Part shown: positions 12,571 to 22,564 of the stretch, piece after piece | Position numbering within the stretch: position 1 is the first letter of the stretch | Layout of the letters: the number at the start of each line of letters is the position of its first letter | Source of the DNA: a virus | Lineage: Duplodnaviria; Caudoviricetes | IMG/VR virus record: IMGVR_UViG_3300033074_001484 | Span: 32,001 to 96,000 of that record | Strand: one strand, 5' to 3' | Length of the DNA stretch: 64,000 nt | The notes under the pieces: model-generated | The model's database searches: none | What the model was told of the DNA's origin: nothing | The model's input: the letters and a program-made list of their open reading frames with translations, nothing else | Translations under genes and position numbers: made by a program

Positions 12571-12986
12571 AGAGGTTGAGCGGTCAGCATCAGTCACATT
12601 ACAGACTTCATATGACAAAGGTATGTGCATGGGGTTGACATGTGCAATACTTTTGACACATATTTTTTTAATGTATAATTGAAAAGTAGTTATAGCATTG
12701 ATATTCAATTGATTGTTAGACATTATACTGTAACCCTAAAAGATGTTCACGCTCCACAACCCGTGTGATTCGCTTCCCATTTTTAGTCCCTATGGCCCGA
12801 AAGCATAATGTTGACTTCCCTTTCACTAAAGTTTGAAATAATGTTTTGCCCCTGTTTATAGTGAAGCCAATATAATTTGGTGGAAAGTCCTCCTGACGTT
12901 CAAAGAACTTGGTGGAAGGTATCCACTCAACAAGCGTCATAGTCATGTGTTGGTCGGTTTTCTCACTATCTAACTATTTATGTGAA

Positions 12987-14177
12987 CTACCCATTTGCTA
13001 AAGACAAATGGGCTTCGGGCTTCACGGACGACTGCTGATTGCTCAGTCTAACATCATCTCCACCCGTGTAATCGCCAGTTCCTGACGATATTGTTTTTAA
13101 TCCTTCTTTCAGAATGTTCTTTGCAGCATTTAAATCACGGTCTAAAACGTGTCCGTTTTTGCAAGTCCATTCTCTTATTGAAAGATTTAAGTCTTGATTT
13201 ATCCAACCACACTCACAACAGGTTTTACTTGATGGGTAAAAGCGATTGATTTTTACAACTTGTTTATTGTTCCAATCCGCTTTGTACTCTAAAAACCTAA
13301 CAAACGTACCCCAACTTGCATCTGCTATATGCTTTGATAGATTACTATTACTCATCATTCCTTTAACATTAAGGTCTTCCAAAGCAATTATGTCATAGTC
13401 AGAAACAAGTTGGTGTGATACCTTGTGCAATACATCTTGTCTTGTGTTGGATATTTTCTCGTGTATCTTGGCAACCTTTCGTTTTTGTCTTTCAAACGAA
13501 CTACTACCTTTTTGTTTACGAGAAAGGTGTTTTTGTGCTTTCGCTAAATCTTTTTCATATTTCTTGGTATATCGGTTATTCTTGAATTTTATTCCATCAG
13601 AAGTAATCGCAAAATCTTTCAATCCTAAATCTACACCACAAACAGCACCAGTCTTTTCTTTTGGTTGGTATTGTTCTTCGGTTAAAATTGATACATAATA
13701 TCTTCCAGTTGGTGTTTTGGAGAAAGTCATTTTACCAACTTCACCCTTTACTTCACGGTGAACAATGCACTTAATTCCTTCTTTGAATTTAGGTACGTGA
13801 ATCTTACCATTAATCAGCTTCGTGTGTTGTGGCACAGTAAAACTATTCTTTCGTTTCCTTGACTTAAATCTTGGGAACTTAGCGTTACCACGAAAGAAAT
13901 TAAGGTATGCGGTATCTAATGACCTCAAAGCAAACTGCAAGGTTTGACTATTTACTTCTTTGAGCCAAACAGTTTCTTCTTGCTTTTTTAATTCGGTTAA
14001 GGTCTTTGCTTGTGCGTAGTAGTTATCAGACTTTTTGTTCGCCTGATATTGTTCTTTACGCTCATTCAAAAAGTGATTATACACGAACCTAACACACCCA
14101 AAATGCTTATCCAACAACACTTTTTGCCCCTGTGTTGGTCTTAATTCAAAGCGATATGTCCTATGTATTGTTTTCAC
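12987..14177 (-). CDS. tnpB: RNA-guided endonuclease TnpB
   Basis: HTH N-terminus, RuvC GVDLG / IALEDL / DRDLNAA, Zn ribbon SKTCCECG. Confidence 0.95.
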   Translation of the reverse strand: MKTIHRTYRFELRPTQGQKVLLDKHFGCVRFVYNHFLNERKEQYQANKKSDNYYAQAKTLTELKKQEETVWLKEVNSQTLQFALRSLDTAYLNFFRGNAKFPRFKSRKRKNSFTVPQHTKLINGKIHVPKFKEGIKCIVHREVKGEVGKMTFSKTPTGRYYVSILTEEQYQPKEKTGAVCGVDLGLKDFAITSDGIKFKNNRYTKKYEKDLAKAQKHLSRKQKGSSSFERQKRKVAKIHEKISNTRQDVLHKVSHQLVSDYDIIALEDLNVKGMMSNSNLSKHIADASWGTFVRFLEYKADWNNKQVVKINRFYPSSKTCCECGWINQDLNLSIREWTCKNGHVLDRDLNAAKNILKEGLKTISSGTGDYTGGDDVRLSNQQSSVKPEAHLSLANG

Positions 14178-14268
14178 GTTTACAAATATACTCCTTTTAT
14201 ACTAAATACGCAAGTTTTTGTAAAAGTTCCGTTTTAGGGTAAAAACTTTCACAAAAACTTGCTTTATT

Positions 14269-14682
14269 ATGTCTAAAAAATCACAGTACATTTCTACAAA
14301 TCGTTCAAAGCACTACCTAAAGTGTCATCTTATCTTTGTTTGCAAGTACCGTAAAAAGTTGCTTGTTGGTCAGTTAAAAGAAGATATGCGTTCTATTCTT
14401 TTAAATATCACTTCTAATTCAGATTTTGAAATAGAGGTATTTGAAAGTGACCTTGACCATATTCATTTTCTTATTCGTTACATCCCTCGTTTATCCATCA
14501 CATCTATCGTTCGCAAGTTAAAGCAAGAGTCCACTTACCACATTTGGCACTCTCCACACCGTTCATTCCTATTCAAGCATTTTTGGCGTGAGCGTACTTT
14601 TTGGTCAGATGGTTACTTCGTTTGCTCTATTGGTGAGGCTTCACCAGATACTATTCGTCAATACATCCTCACACAGGGTTAG
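14269..14682 (+). CDS. tnpA: IS200/IS605 HUH (Y1) transposase
   Basis: HLIFVCKYR, DHIHFL (HUH), FWSDGYF, YILTQ. Confidence 0.95.
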   Translation: MSKKSQYISTNRSKHYLKCHLIFVCKYRKKLLVGQLKEDMRSILLNITSNSDFEIEVFESDLDHIHFLIRYIPRLSITSIVRKLKQESTYHIWHSPHRSFLFKHFWRERTFWSDGYFVCSIGEASPDTIRQYILTQG

Positions 14683-14733
14683 CGTTTGTCGCTTACATCC
14701 CATTGGCTGAAGACCAATGGGTTTTACGCTCCG

Positions 14734-14925
14734 TTATATAAAAGTCAATCTACTGGGCTGCACGTATACTGTATGCAGGTATGGTATTCTGAAATGTATT
14801 CCCGGTTTTAATAGTTTTACATCCTTACCCAACCATATTCTCATGCCTTGTTGCCACGGCAGTACTATTACCCACCACTTCAGCATGCTGGATAATTGTT
14901 CCCATATCTGTTTGAATATTTCCAT
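14734..14925 (-). pseudogene. Truncated SPFH/band-7 domain gene at the IS end
   Basis: VIVLPWQQGMRIWLGK...LKPGIHFRIPY is an SPFH N-terminus; ends at the IS boundary. Confidence 0.65.
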
Positions 14926-15228
14926 TATAGTTTATTTATTTCATCCATTTGTTATCACATGCACCCCCATTTTGGAAAGGGTTTGTCACCCCGGAGCACT
15001 TCTCTTTCAATAGCATCATTTTTCATTAAAGGAAATTCGTCATTCTTATTGGCCGGTACATGATTCTGACAGAGTTTCCAAAATCCCCGTTCGGACCAAT
15101 ATATACCTCCGCAGCAAGATATTTGCGTACAACCAACCACATCACAACTTCCTAAAATTTCGTGTTTATCTTCCATATAGATTGTAGTTTTATACAGATT
15201 ATATATAGTGTCAATTGTCTTCAACAGT

Positions 15229-15453
15229 TTAAAAGGGAAACGTTTCTTTTGAAATTCGTTGAAGTTTGACCCGAAGCGATTTTAATGAATAGAACTTTTT
15301 ACCAATCCAATATCCAACAGACCTATTGTTAATCGTTCTTTTCAAAATCCTTCCTGTCCGGATATTAATAACTTTTCCACATGAAGTTACTCTGTATTGT
15401 GCATAACCTACGATTATCCATTCAATCGCATAATGGTTTATTATTGAATACAT
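15229..15453 (-). CDS. NUMOD4-like small protein
   Basis: GYAQYRVTSCGKVINIRTGRILK motif. Confidence 0.55.
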   Translation of the reverse strand: MYSIINHYAIEWIIVGYAQYRVTSCGKVINIRTGRILKRTINNRSVGYWIGKKFYSLKSLRVKLQRISKETFPF

Positions 15454-15457
15454 TATG

Positions 15458-15487
15458 CCTTGGTGTTATAGCGTAAACACTATGTTA
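15458..15487 (+). other. attI-like array head site, copy 3
   Basis: Identical to 4371-4400. Confidence 0.7.
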
Positions 15488-15538
15488 TGCACAATGCGAT
15501 TTGACCACTCCGTCTAAAAATAACCCAAAGTAATTTTG

Positions 15539-15546
15539 TACATTTG
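15539..15546 (+). promoter_or_regulatory. Bacteroidota-type -7 promoter element of the R-M cassette
   Basis: TACATTTG matches TAnnTTTG, 30 nt upstream of the MTase start. Confidence 0.55.
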
Positions 15547-15576
15547 TAGTTGTGAATTGAATTAACGAAAAGGAAA

Positions 15577-16866
15577 ATGATGAATAAAACTAAACATACA
15601 ATTATAAATGGTGACAGCAGACAAATGAGCGAGCTTAAAGATGAAAGTGTTCATTTGATTGCAACTTCACCACCTTATTGGCAATTAAAAGACTACGGAA
15701 CGGAAAACCAAATTGGATTTCACGATGATTATGAAACTTACATTAATCACCTGAATTTGACTTGGCAAGAATGCTTCCGTGTTTTACATAAAGGCTGTCG
15801 TCTTTGTATTAATATTGGAGACCAATTTGCTCGTTCAACTTATTACGGTCGTTATAAAATCATTCCTATTCATACGGAAATTATTAAGTTTTGCGAAATG
15901 ATTGGCTTTGATTTTATGGGGCAAATTATTTGGCAAAAACAAACTACCATGAACACTTCGGGAGGCGCAAGTATTATGGGAAGCTACCCGAATCCAAGAA
16001 ATGGAATTGTGAAATTGGATTTTGAATATATTTTATTGTTCAAAAAACAAGGAAATGCACCCAAGCCGACTAAAGAACAAAAAGAAAACGCTTCAATGAC
16101 CAATGAAGAATGGAATACCTATTTTAATGGACATTGGTATTTTTCAGGAGCAAGACAAGATAAACATTTGGCAATGTTTCCTGAAGAATTGCCACACCGT
16201 TTAATCAAAATGTTTTCATTTCCAGGTGAAACGGTTTTAGACCCTTTTATGGGAAGTGGAACAACTGCTTTGGCTGCAAGAAACTTAAATAGAAATTCTG
16301 TTGGTTATGAAATTAACCCTGATTTTATTCCAATCATCAAAGAAAAAATCGGAATAGATGATGCTTTTACAAAAGTTGAAACCGAAATTATCAAACAACC
16401 AGAATTAAAAACGAATTTTGAAAAACGAATCAAACAATTGCCCTATCAATTTATTGACACGCATAAATTGGACAAGAAAATTGATGTAAAGAAAATTCAA
16501 TATGGTTCTAAAATCGATGCCAAGAGCACTGGAAAACGAGAAGAATTTTTTTCTGTAAAAGAAGTCATTAGCCCAGAACTTATCCGTTTGAATAACGACT
16601 TGGTAATTCGCTTGATTGGTATTAAGCAAAACCCTACAATTAACGGAAAGGCAACCGAATATTTAATCAATAAAGTTCGTGGCAAAAAAGTGTTTTTAAA
16701 GTACGATAAAGTAAAACACGATAAAGAAAACAATTTAATGGCTTATCTCTATCTCGAAAATAAAACTTTTATAAATGCTCATTTACTAAAAGAAAATTTA
16801 GCATTGGTAGATAATTCCATTGACTTTAAATACAAAACGAAATTTAACACATTTATCAATGGCTAA
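15577..16866 (+). CDS. N4/N6 DNA methyltransferase (beta class) with C-terminal SNase-like domain
   Basis: TSPPY and DPFMGSGTT motifs; IRLIGI...MAYLYL...FINAHLL tail. Confidence 0.9.
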   Translation: MMNKTKHTIINGDSRQMSELKDESVHLIATSPPYWQLKDYGTENQIGFHDDYETYINHLNLTWQECFRVLHKGCRLCINIGDQFARSTYYGRYKIIPIHTEIIKFCEMIGFDFMGQIIWQKQTTMNTSGGASIMGSYPNPRNGIVKLDFEYILLFKKQGNAPKPTKEQKENASMTNEEWNTYFNGHWYFSGARQDKHLAMFPEELPHRLIKMFSFPGETVLDPFMGSGTTALAARNLNRNSVGYEINPDFIPIIKEKIGIDDAFTKVETEIIKQPELKTNFEKRIKQLPYQFIDTHKLDKKIDVKKIQYGSKIDAKSTGKREEFFSVKEVISPELIRLNNDLVIRLIGIKQNPTINGKATEYLINKVRGKKVFLKYDKVKHDKENNLMAYLYLENKTFINAHLLKENLALVDNSIDFKYKTKFNTFING

Positions 16867-17560
16867 AGATTATTGTACAAAAACAGAAGGAGAAGGCTTC
16901 AAATTTAAACACGAAACTCTTTTAAATTATGCCTTAAACCGTTGGGGACTGAACAAAGCGTATAGTGTAGGAGCATTAGCCGAATTAATTCGGGATTGTG
17001 CCCCTAATGATTACAAAGAATGGGAAGAATATTATTTCACAAAAGGGAAACAAAAGAAGAAAAACGGAATAAATATTACTCGTGAGTATATAACTTCTTT
17101 AGGTCAAACGCTATACATTAAACTATCTGAAGTTGTTCAAAGCGAATTAGCTTCTATTACAGAAGAAGAATGTATAGACTATGCATATAATTTAGTTCTT
17201 CGTAGAACTTATGACGGTTATAGGACTGAAATCGAAACAATCTACGGACAATTGGAAGGTGCAATTGGAATGAAGATTGAGCCAGCACCTGATAATTGGG
17301 ACAGAGCATATAGTGTTGATTTTTTCGTTCAAGTTGGAGAAAAATATATCGGTATTCAGATTAAACCAATTGAATCCGGACAAGCCTTGAACCAATATCA
17401 ATGGATTGAAATGCACAAGGTAAATCACGAAAATTTCGAGAAGAAATTCGGAGGAAAAGTGTTTTTTGTTTACTCTACCAAAGTTGGAGGGAAAAAGAAA
17501 ATTTACAATGTCGAAGTTATTGAACAAATAATATCAGAAATAGAACGATTGAAAAAATAA
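16859..17560 (+). CDS. Type II restriction endonuclease, MjaI-like
   Basis: Coupled to the MTase; VGALAELIR..EWEEYY, VDFF..GIQIKP (PD-(D/E)xK-like). Confidence 0.75.
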   Translation: MAKDYCTKTEGEGFKFKHETLLNYALNRWGLNKAYSVGALAELIRDCAPNDYKEWEEYYFTKGKQKKKNGINITREYITSLGQTLYIKLSEVVQSELASITEEECIDYAYNLVLRRTYDGYRTEIETIYGQLEGAIGMKIEPAPDNWDRAYSVDFFVQVGEKYIGIQIKPIESGQALNQYQWIEMHKVNHENFEKKFGGKVFFVYSTKVGGKKKIYNVEVIEQIISEIERLKK

Positions 17561-17753
17561 CGCACTGTGCATAACATCGGTTTTGCAAAAGAGCGGGTTA
17601 AGTACAAAATTCAACGTCAGTAATCCTATCACCGCATAAGCCATTTTTATTTCCTTTTTTGTAATTTAGCAAATAGAAAATGGCTTATGCTACGGTTGTG
17701 CTAAACTGAACTTTTGTGCTTCTATTTCCGCTCCTTCGCAAAGCCGTTTCCCG

Positions 17754-18002
17754 TTAGCATACATTTTCGGAAAGTATGCCGTCCTTAATCAATCCTATCA
17801 TTCTATCGTAGTTCCACATATAAGGCGAATATTCATCTCCTTTTATATAAAGCACCGAGTTTTTAATAGTGTAATCCTTTGTAAAATACAATTCAGGTAT
17901 TCGCCTTTTATCGTACTGTCTGCGAGAAAAACGTATGCTAACACCAAGTATAGCACATTGCTTTATCTCTTTTCTGCGAAGTATTTTAGTAATCCAATTC
18001 AT
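17754..18002 (-). CDS. Hypothetical protein starting within an attC-like loop
   Basis: Crosses core as LGV|SI. Confidence 0.6.
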   Translation of the reverse strand: MNWITKILRRKEIKQCAILGVSIRFSRRQYDKRRIPELYFTKDYTIKNSVLYIKGDEYSPYMWNYDRMIGLIKDGILSENVC

Positions 18003-18064
18003 TTATCTATTTATTAAGTTTTGTGAATGCAACGTGCCATACTTGCGGCACGTTATGTGCCATT

Positions 18065-18601
18065 TTAAAGAGCGACACTACTCTCAACTTCATTTCCCCA
18101 AACATCCCACCCTTCGGGAACTTCACGAGCAAATAATTCTACCTTTGGTAAATCTCCTACAAGTCTAATTATTCTATCTCTTGTTTCTTGTGGCTTTTTA
18201 CTATGCTTGTCAATAGGGGCATAAATAACTGAATGAACACCCATATCTAATCTTTTTGGGTTGCCTTTTACAGCTAATAAGCATATTTCTGCATTACTCC
18301 TTGTCCATCTTCCCATTCCCCAAAATAAACTATCTGCTTTTTTGTTTTTCTTTACCCAAGTAAAAGCATTTGTTTTATATTGAAAACCCCAAGCATTTAT
18401 AACATCAAGAGCTTCTTGTAGCTTTGGAAAGGTAGCCCACATAAATAGTATGCAATCATCATCTGCTATTTCGTTTACAGGAAGGTTTTTTATATCCTCG
18501 ATATTCATTGTTCTGTAATGTCTTTCAGCACCTCCACGATGCAAACATTTGTCATCGTAACTCCAAGCAGGGTCTGCATAAATTATTTTATATCTCTTCA
18601 T
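18065..18601 (-). CDS. MT-A70 family adenine methyltransferase, cassette-borne
   Basis: IIYADPAW, LFMWAT, HSKKP, VELFAR, GWDVWGNE. Confidence 0.9.
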   Translation of the reverse strand: MKRYKIIYADPAWSYDDKCLHRGGAERHYRTMNIEDIKNLPVNEIADDDCILFMWATFPKLQEALDVINAWGFQYKTNAFTWVKKNKKADSLFWGMGRWTRSNAEICLLAVKGNPKRLDMGVHSVIYAPIDKHSKKPQETRDRIIRLVGDLPKVELFAREVPEGWDVWGNEVESSVAL

Positions 18602-18733
18602 CTTTCTAAATTAAATTCGTGAATAAAAACGGCACATAACAAGGGCTTTGCGTAATAGCCCTATCAAGTGTCGTGGTTTATTTTAAGTTTCTACTAAGGG
18701 CTACTACGCAAAGCCCCAAAACGTTGTAGGCAA

Positions 18734-18979
18734 TTAGAAAGCTAATCCAGCACATTCTTCACAGCATGTATGTCCATCATTCTCTTTTGGTTTTCGGCAC
18801 ATCATACAAGTTAATCCGCTTTCTAACTGTTCGCTTCGCCCTACAACATCGTGTTTACGCAATTGCTTGGCTTCGTTTTCCAAGTCAATTATGTAATCTT
18901 CTAAATCACTTTCATATTGGATATGGTTAAAATTTCTCGTTCCTGTCCAATATTTATCATCTGTTCTTTTTGGTCTCAT
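18734..18979 (-). CDS. Cys-rich hypothetical protein starting within an attC-like loop
   Basis: HDV|VGRSEQL; CxxC...CxxC tail. Confidence 0.6.
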   Translation of the reverse strand: MRPKRTDDKYWTGTRNFNHIQYESDLEDYIIDLENEAKQLRKHDVVGRSEQLESGLTCMMCRKPKENDGHTCCEECAGLAF

Positions 18980-19160
18980 TTTCTAATGTAATTTATTGTT
19001 AATAATTCGCAACTGCGTAAACACGCAAAACGTTAGTTGCAATTGCTACATTCATCTATCTAATCATCTTTTGTGGAAACATTTTTATTCTTTTTTCCTT
19101 CCACACTACAATTATACGATATTTTTCTGAATTTGTTAATATTTATATATAAAAAATATT

Positions 19161-19466
19161 ATGGCAACAAAGAAAATTACTCTTAATGAATTAAGAACAT
19201 TGGTAAAACAGATTGTTAAGGAAGAAACTGAATTTCAATTTAAACCAGCAATTTTTAACAATAAACCATCAATAACTGATGGGACGTATCATTACTATTT
19301 TGCTCCAGCACCTTGGGCATCAGACCACAGTGCTTTATATGTTTTTAATAAAACAAATAATTCTGTTGTTTCATATGATATTGTTAATGAATTTTCATCT
19401 ATAAAACAAGACCCAGAATTGTTAGCTGCTTATAAAGAATTGTCAAAACAATATAAAAATATATAA
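19161..19466 (+). CDS. Putative capsid-packaged internal protein (MATKKITLNEL leader)
   Basis: Leader and flanks shared with 5731-6033. Confidence 0.65.
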   Translation: MATKKITLNELRTLVKQIVKEETEFQFKPAIFNNKPSITDGTYHYYFAPAPWASDHSALYVFNKTNNSVVSYDIVNEFSSIKQDPELLAAYKELSKQYKNI

Positions 19467-19626
19467 TTCCACCACAAAAAAAAAATAAAAATGTATTAGT
19501 GCTTCGATTGAAAATCTGTGGTAAATAAACCGCAACAGCAACTAACACAGGGTATAAATAACCCTACGGGTCGCTATCGCTTATTCATACCCAAGTACGT
19601 TACCTGCAAGTGCTACGATAGTGCTA

Positions 19627-20394
19627 CTATTCAACATTTGTGGGAGAAAATTTAAAAAGTTTTTCGCCAACCCTTTCAATACATATTTTGTAGTTCACTT
19701 CATCATTCTCAATCATAATGTAATTTCTGTTAAGGTTTTTTGCCGCTAATCCAGTTGTTCCGCTCCCAGCACAGTTATCCAAAATAGTTTCGCCCTCGTT
19801 ACTATAAGTTGCTATTAGATATTCAATTAATGCTAATGGTTTTTGTGTTGGGTGCAAAGCTGATTTTTGTTTGTCAGTAGTAAATTTCAGTACACTTTTC
19901 GGGTATCGCTCAGTGCTGTTATAGGTTGTCAAGCCATGCTCTCCATAATTACTTGTTTTTTTACTGTTTCTTTTATGGGTTGCGGTACTTACCTTTCTTT
20001 CATGTCCTGTTGTTTTTTGAGGGTTATAAGTCGGTAACTTTTTATAAAAAACAAGTAAATCCTCGTGATTTCTAAGTGGCATCTTCTTTGCATTCAAGTG
20101 TCCTGTTGGCGTTGTCTTTTCCCAAATCAAATTATATCTGTGCATTTTTTCATTTGATAACATCAGCTTTGCTGAAAATTTATCCTGCCCAAACAAAACT
20201 ATTGCACCATTAGCTTTAATTATTCTTTCGTATTCGCTCCACAATTTATCTAAGTCAATAACACTATCCCATTTGTTTTTAGTCACACCATACGGCAAAT
20301 CGCAAAGAATCATATCAATGCTATTGTCATCAATCAACTTCATTACATCAAGGCAATCTCCAAAATATGTTCTATTCAACTCCATTTTTCTCAT
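19627..20394 (-). CDS. N6/N4 DNA methyltransferase (beta class), cassette-borne
   Basis: CDLPYG, HPTQKP, DNCAGSGTT. Confidence 0.9.
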   Translation of the reverse strand: MRKMELNRTYFGDCLDVMKLIDDNSIDMILCDLPYGVTKNKWDSVIDLDKLWSEYERIIKANGAIVLFGQDKFSAKLMLSNEKMHRYNLIWEKTTPTGHLNAKKMPLRNHEDLLVFYKKLPTYNPQKTTGHERKVSTATHKRNSKKTSNYGEHGLTTYNSTERYPKSVLKFTTDKQKSALHPTQKPLALIEYLIATYSNEGETILDNCAGSGTTGLAAKNLNRNYIMIENDEVNYKICIERVGEKLFKFSPTNVE

Positions 20395-20901
20395 TTTCTA
20401 AAAATTTTACATAATCAAGTAATTGCAAGTAAGCGTGAAACAATATAGCTTCTGCATCATTTTCAAATGTGTTTGGCTCAATATATTCTCCACTTTCAAT
20501 TACATTTATTGGTTTTTCCATCTCTAAAACCTTTTAAATTTTCTATTCGTTCGCAAATCAAAATCCTGCTAAATAAACCGCACCAGCAGGTAACAAGGTA
20601 TTTGCAAAATTGCCAATCAACATTTATGCTTAATTTGAAGTATCTGCAAGGGCAACTTCGCAAATACCCGACCGTTATGCGCTATGGGGCGAACCCGCAT
20701 TGGCAAACATTTTATTTGACAGTTCATTCTACTGTCGTCTGGTAAACTTTCGTACCATTTAACCGCTTCTATTTTAGTCATAATTTATTTTTTTAATAGG
20801 TAAAACAAAAATAATACATACACATAACAACAAATATAAGAAATAAATTTTGATTTATCTATTTTTTATAGATAAAATTTACTTCTCATATTTGTAAAAC
20901 G

Positions 20902-22518
20902 TTAGGCTTCATTGCCTTCCAGCACACCACAAACTCCCGACCAATTAACAAGCATTGAGCTACCATCTTTTTCATTGTAGTTGGTGAATGTTTTTACGCC
21001 ATATCCAGCATCTGAATGAAATGTATGTATCTCATATCTTCCATTCCTTCCACTTCTCCAAAGAAAAACGTCACCTCTTTCTAATTTATTTGTAGGTTTC
21101 AATGTCAACGGCAACGAACCGCTAACAGCAAATAAACGCAATATGCGTTCTGTTGCTTCATCTTCCAGTCTACCATCTATTTGGTAAACATCTATTAATA
21201 TTTCTTTTATCTTATCTCCCATACTGCGTTTATTTGCGAACCGTAGGCAATGCGTTTTACTTCGGCTCTCTTACAAACACCTGTTCTCCGCATTTGAAGC
21301 ATTTACCATTCCAATCAGTTGAGTGTAAAATGCACTGTTCGCTTTGCCCTACAACATTAAATAAACGCAATATGCGGTCATTTGCGGTTGTGCAAGCTAT
21401 TTTACCCATCTCAAGGTCTCTTAATATTTCCCAAAGTTTCTCTTCCATACTGCGTTTATTATTAGTCGTTGTAGGTAATTAGTTTGTGATAACTCTGTTC
21501 GGGTTATCTAAACACTCCTGACACCAATCACCTTGTTCTTCAACTAAATTATCTCCACAATACTCGCAAACTAACTGTTCGCTTCGCCCTACAACACACG
21601 ACTGACGCAATGCTGCATATTGATCCAAAAGATAAATTGTGTCGGCTTCTGCCCCACTATATTCAAGTTGTCCACGTTCAAGCATTTGCCCTACTTGTAT
21701 CAATTTCTGTATTATTACTGTTTCTTTCATATCAAAATTCGTTTAAATTATACACACTTCGCCAACCGCCCAAACGTTATGTGTTATTGTAACACCACTT
21801 CGTAGATTGGTCGAGTAATTTTGGAGACATCCCTTGAAAAAATTCGTTTCCATCTCTAAGTTCAATCATTAATTTGTGTTGGTGTAGATATGTTCTGGTC
21901 TCTAACATTTCTCCATCAACATCAATCTTGATATTTCTATATGGTTCTGGATATTCGTCAGAAAAACAACGCCACATAACACCGTGTATAGTGTATGGTT
22001 TAGTTTCTGTTTGTTTGTTACTTTCTCCCATTTAATTATGTTTTTACTTGTTTGATACTTTGGTGCTATTTATACGCCACGACACCAATCATGTGAAACG
22101 TTATCAGCCATTACGCAAAACGGTCTTTTAATACTTTATGAATATTGCCATCCGAAAAAAGGACATAATATGCTTTTAGTATTTCATCTCTTGTAACGGA
22201 TGTTGATTTGAAGTCATTAATCGTTACATCTTGTATTGGTATGCCCTTTTTACATTCAATTAAGTCATCTCGTTTAAGAGTGATGTAACGGCTGCTAACA
22301 TCGGCTATATTCAATGCCTTGGTTTCTACTTGTTTTGAAGATTCGTGTTCCAATTTATTAATATATTCCATAACTTTCACTACATTATCAACTTCACCTA
22401 TAATTCCACCGGTTGAACTTTCATATACATTGTCACTCCATTGTACATTATGTAAAGAACAAAAGTTTTTTACTTTATCCTTAAATTCATCTCTTATGTT
22501 TAATCCTTGTTGTATCAT
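20902..22518 (-). other. Five hypothetical cassette ORFs starting within attC-like hairpins
   Basis: 20902-21222, 21257-21448, 21479-21730, 21777-22031, 22111-22518; all cross the core as Val. Confidence 0.6.
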
Positions 22519-22564
22519 AATATTAAAGTTTACATTCGTCTATACTCAACTGTTACCTGCCATT

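Larger units (their letters stand above)
12982..14737 (-). mobile_element. IS200/IS605-family element (divergent tnpA and tnpB)
   Basis: Subterminal hairpins CCCATTTG..CAAATGGG and CCCATTGG..CCAATGGG; right end TTCAC; preceded on the - strand by TTTAT. Confidence 0.9.

Noticed and set aside
14269-14682. TnpA as the cassette recombinase
   Set aside because: Its own IS-end hairpins are unrelated to the AAC/GTT sites; not formally excluded but unsupported.
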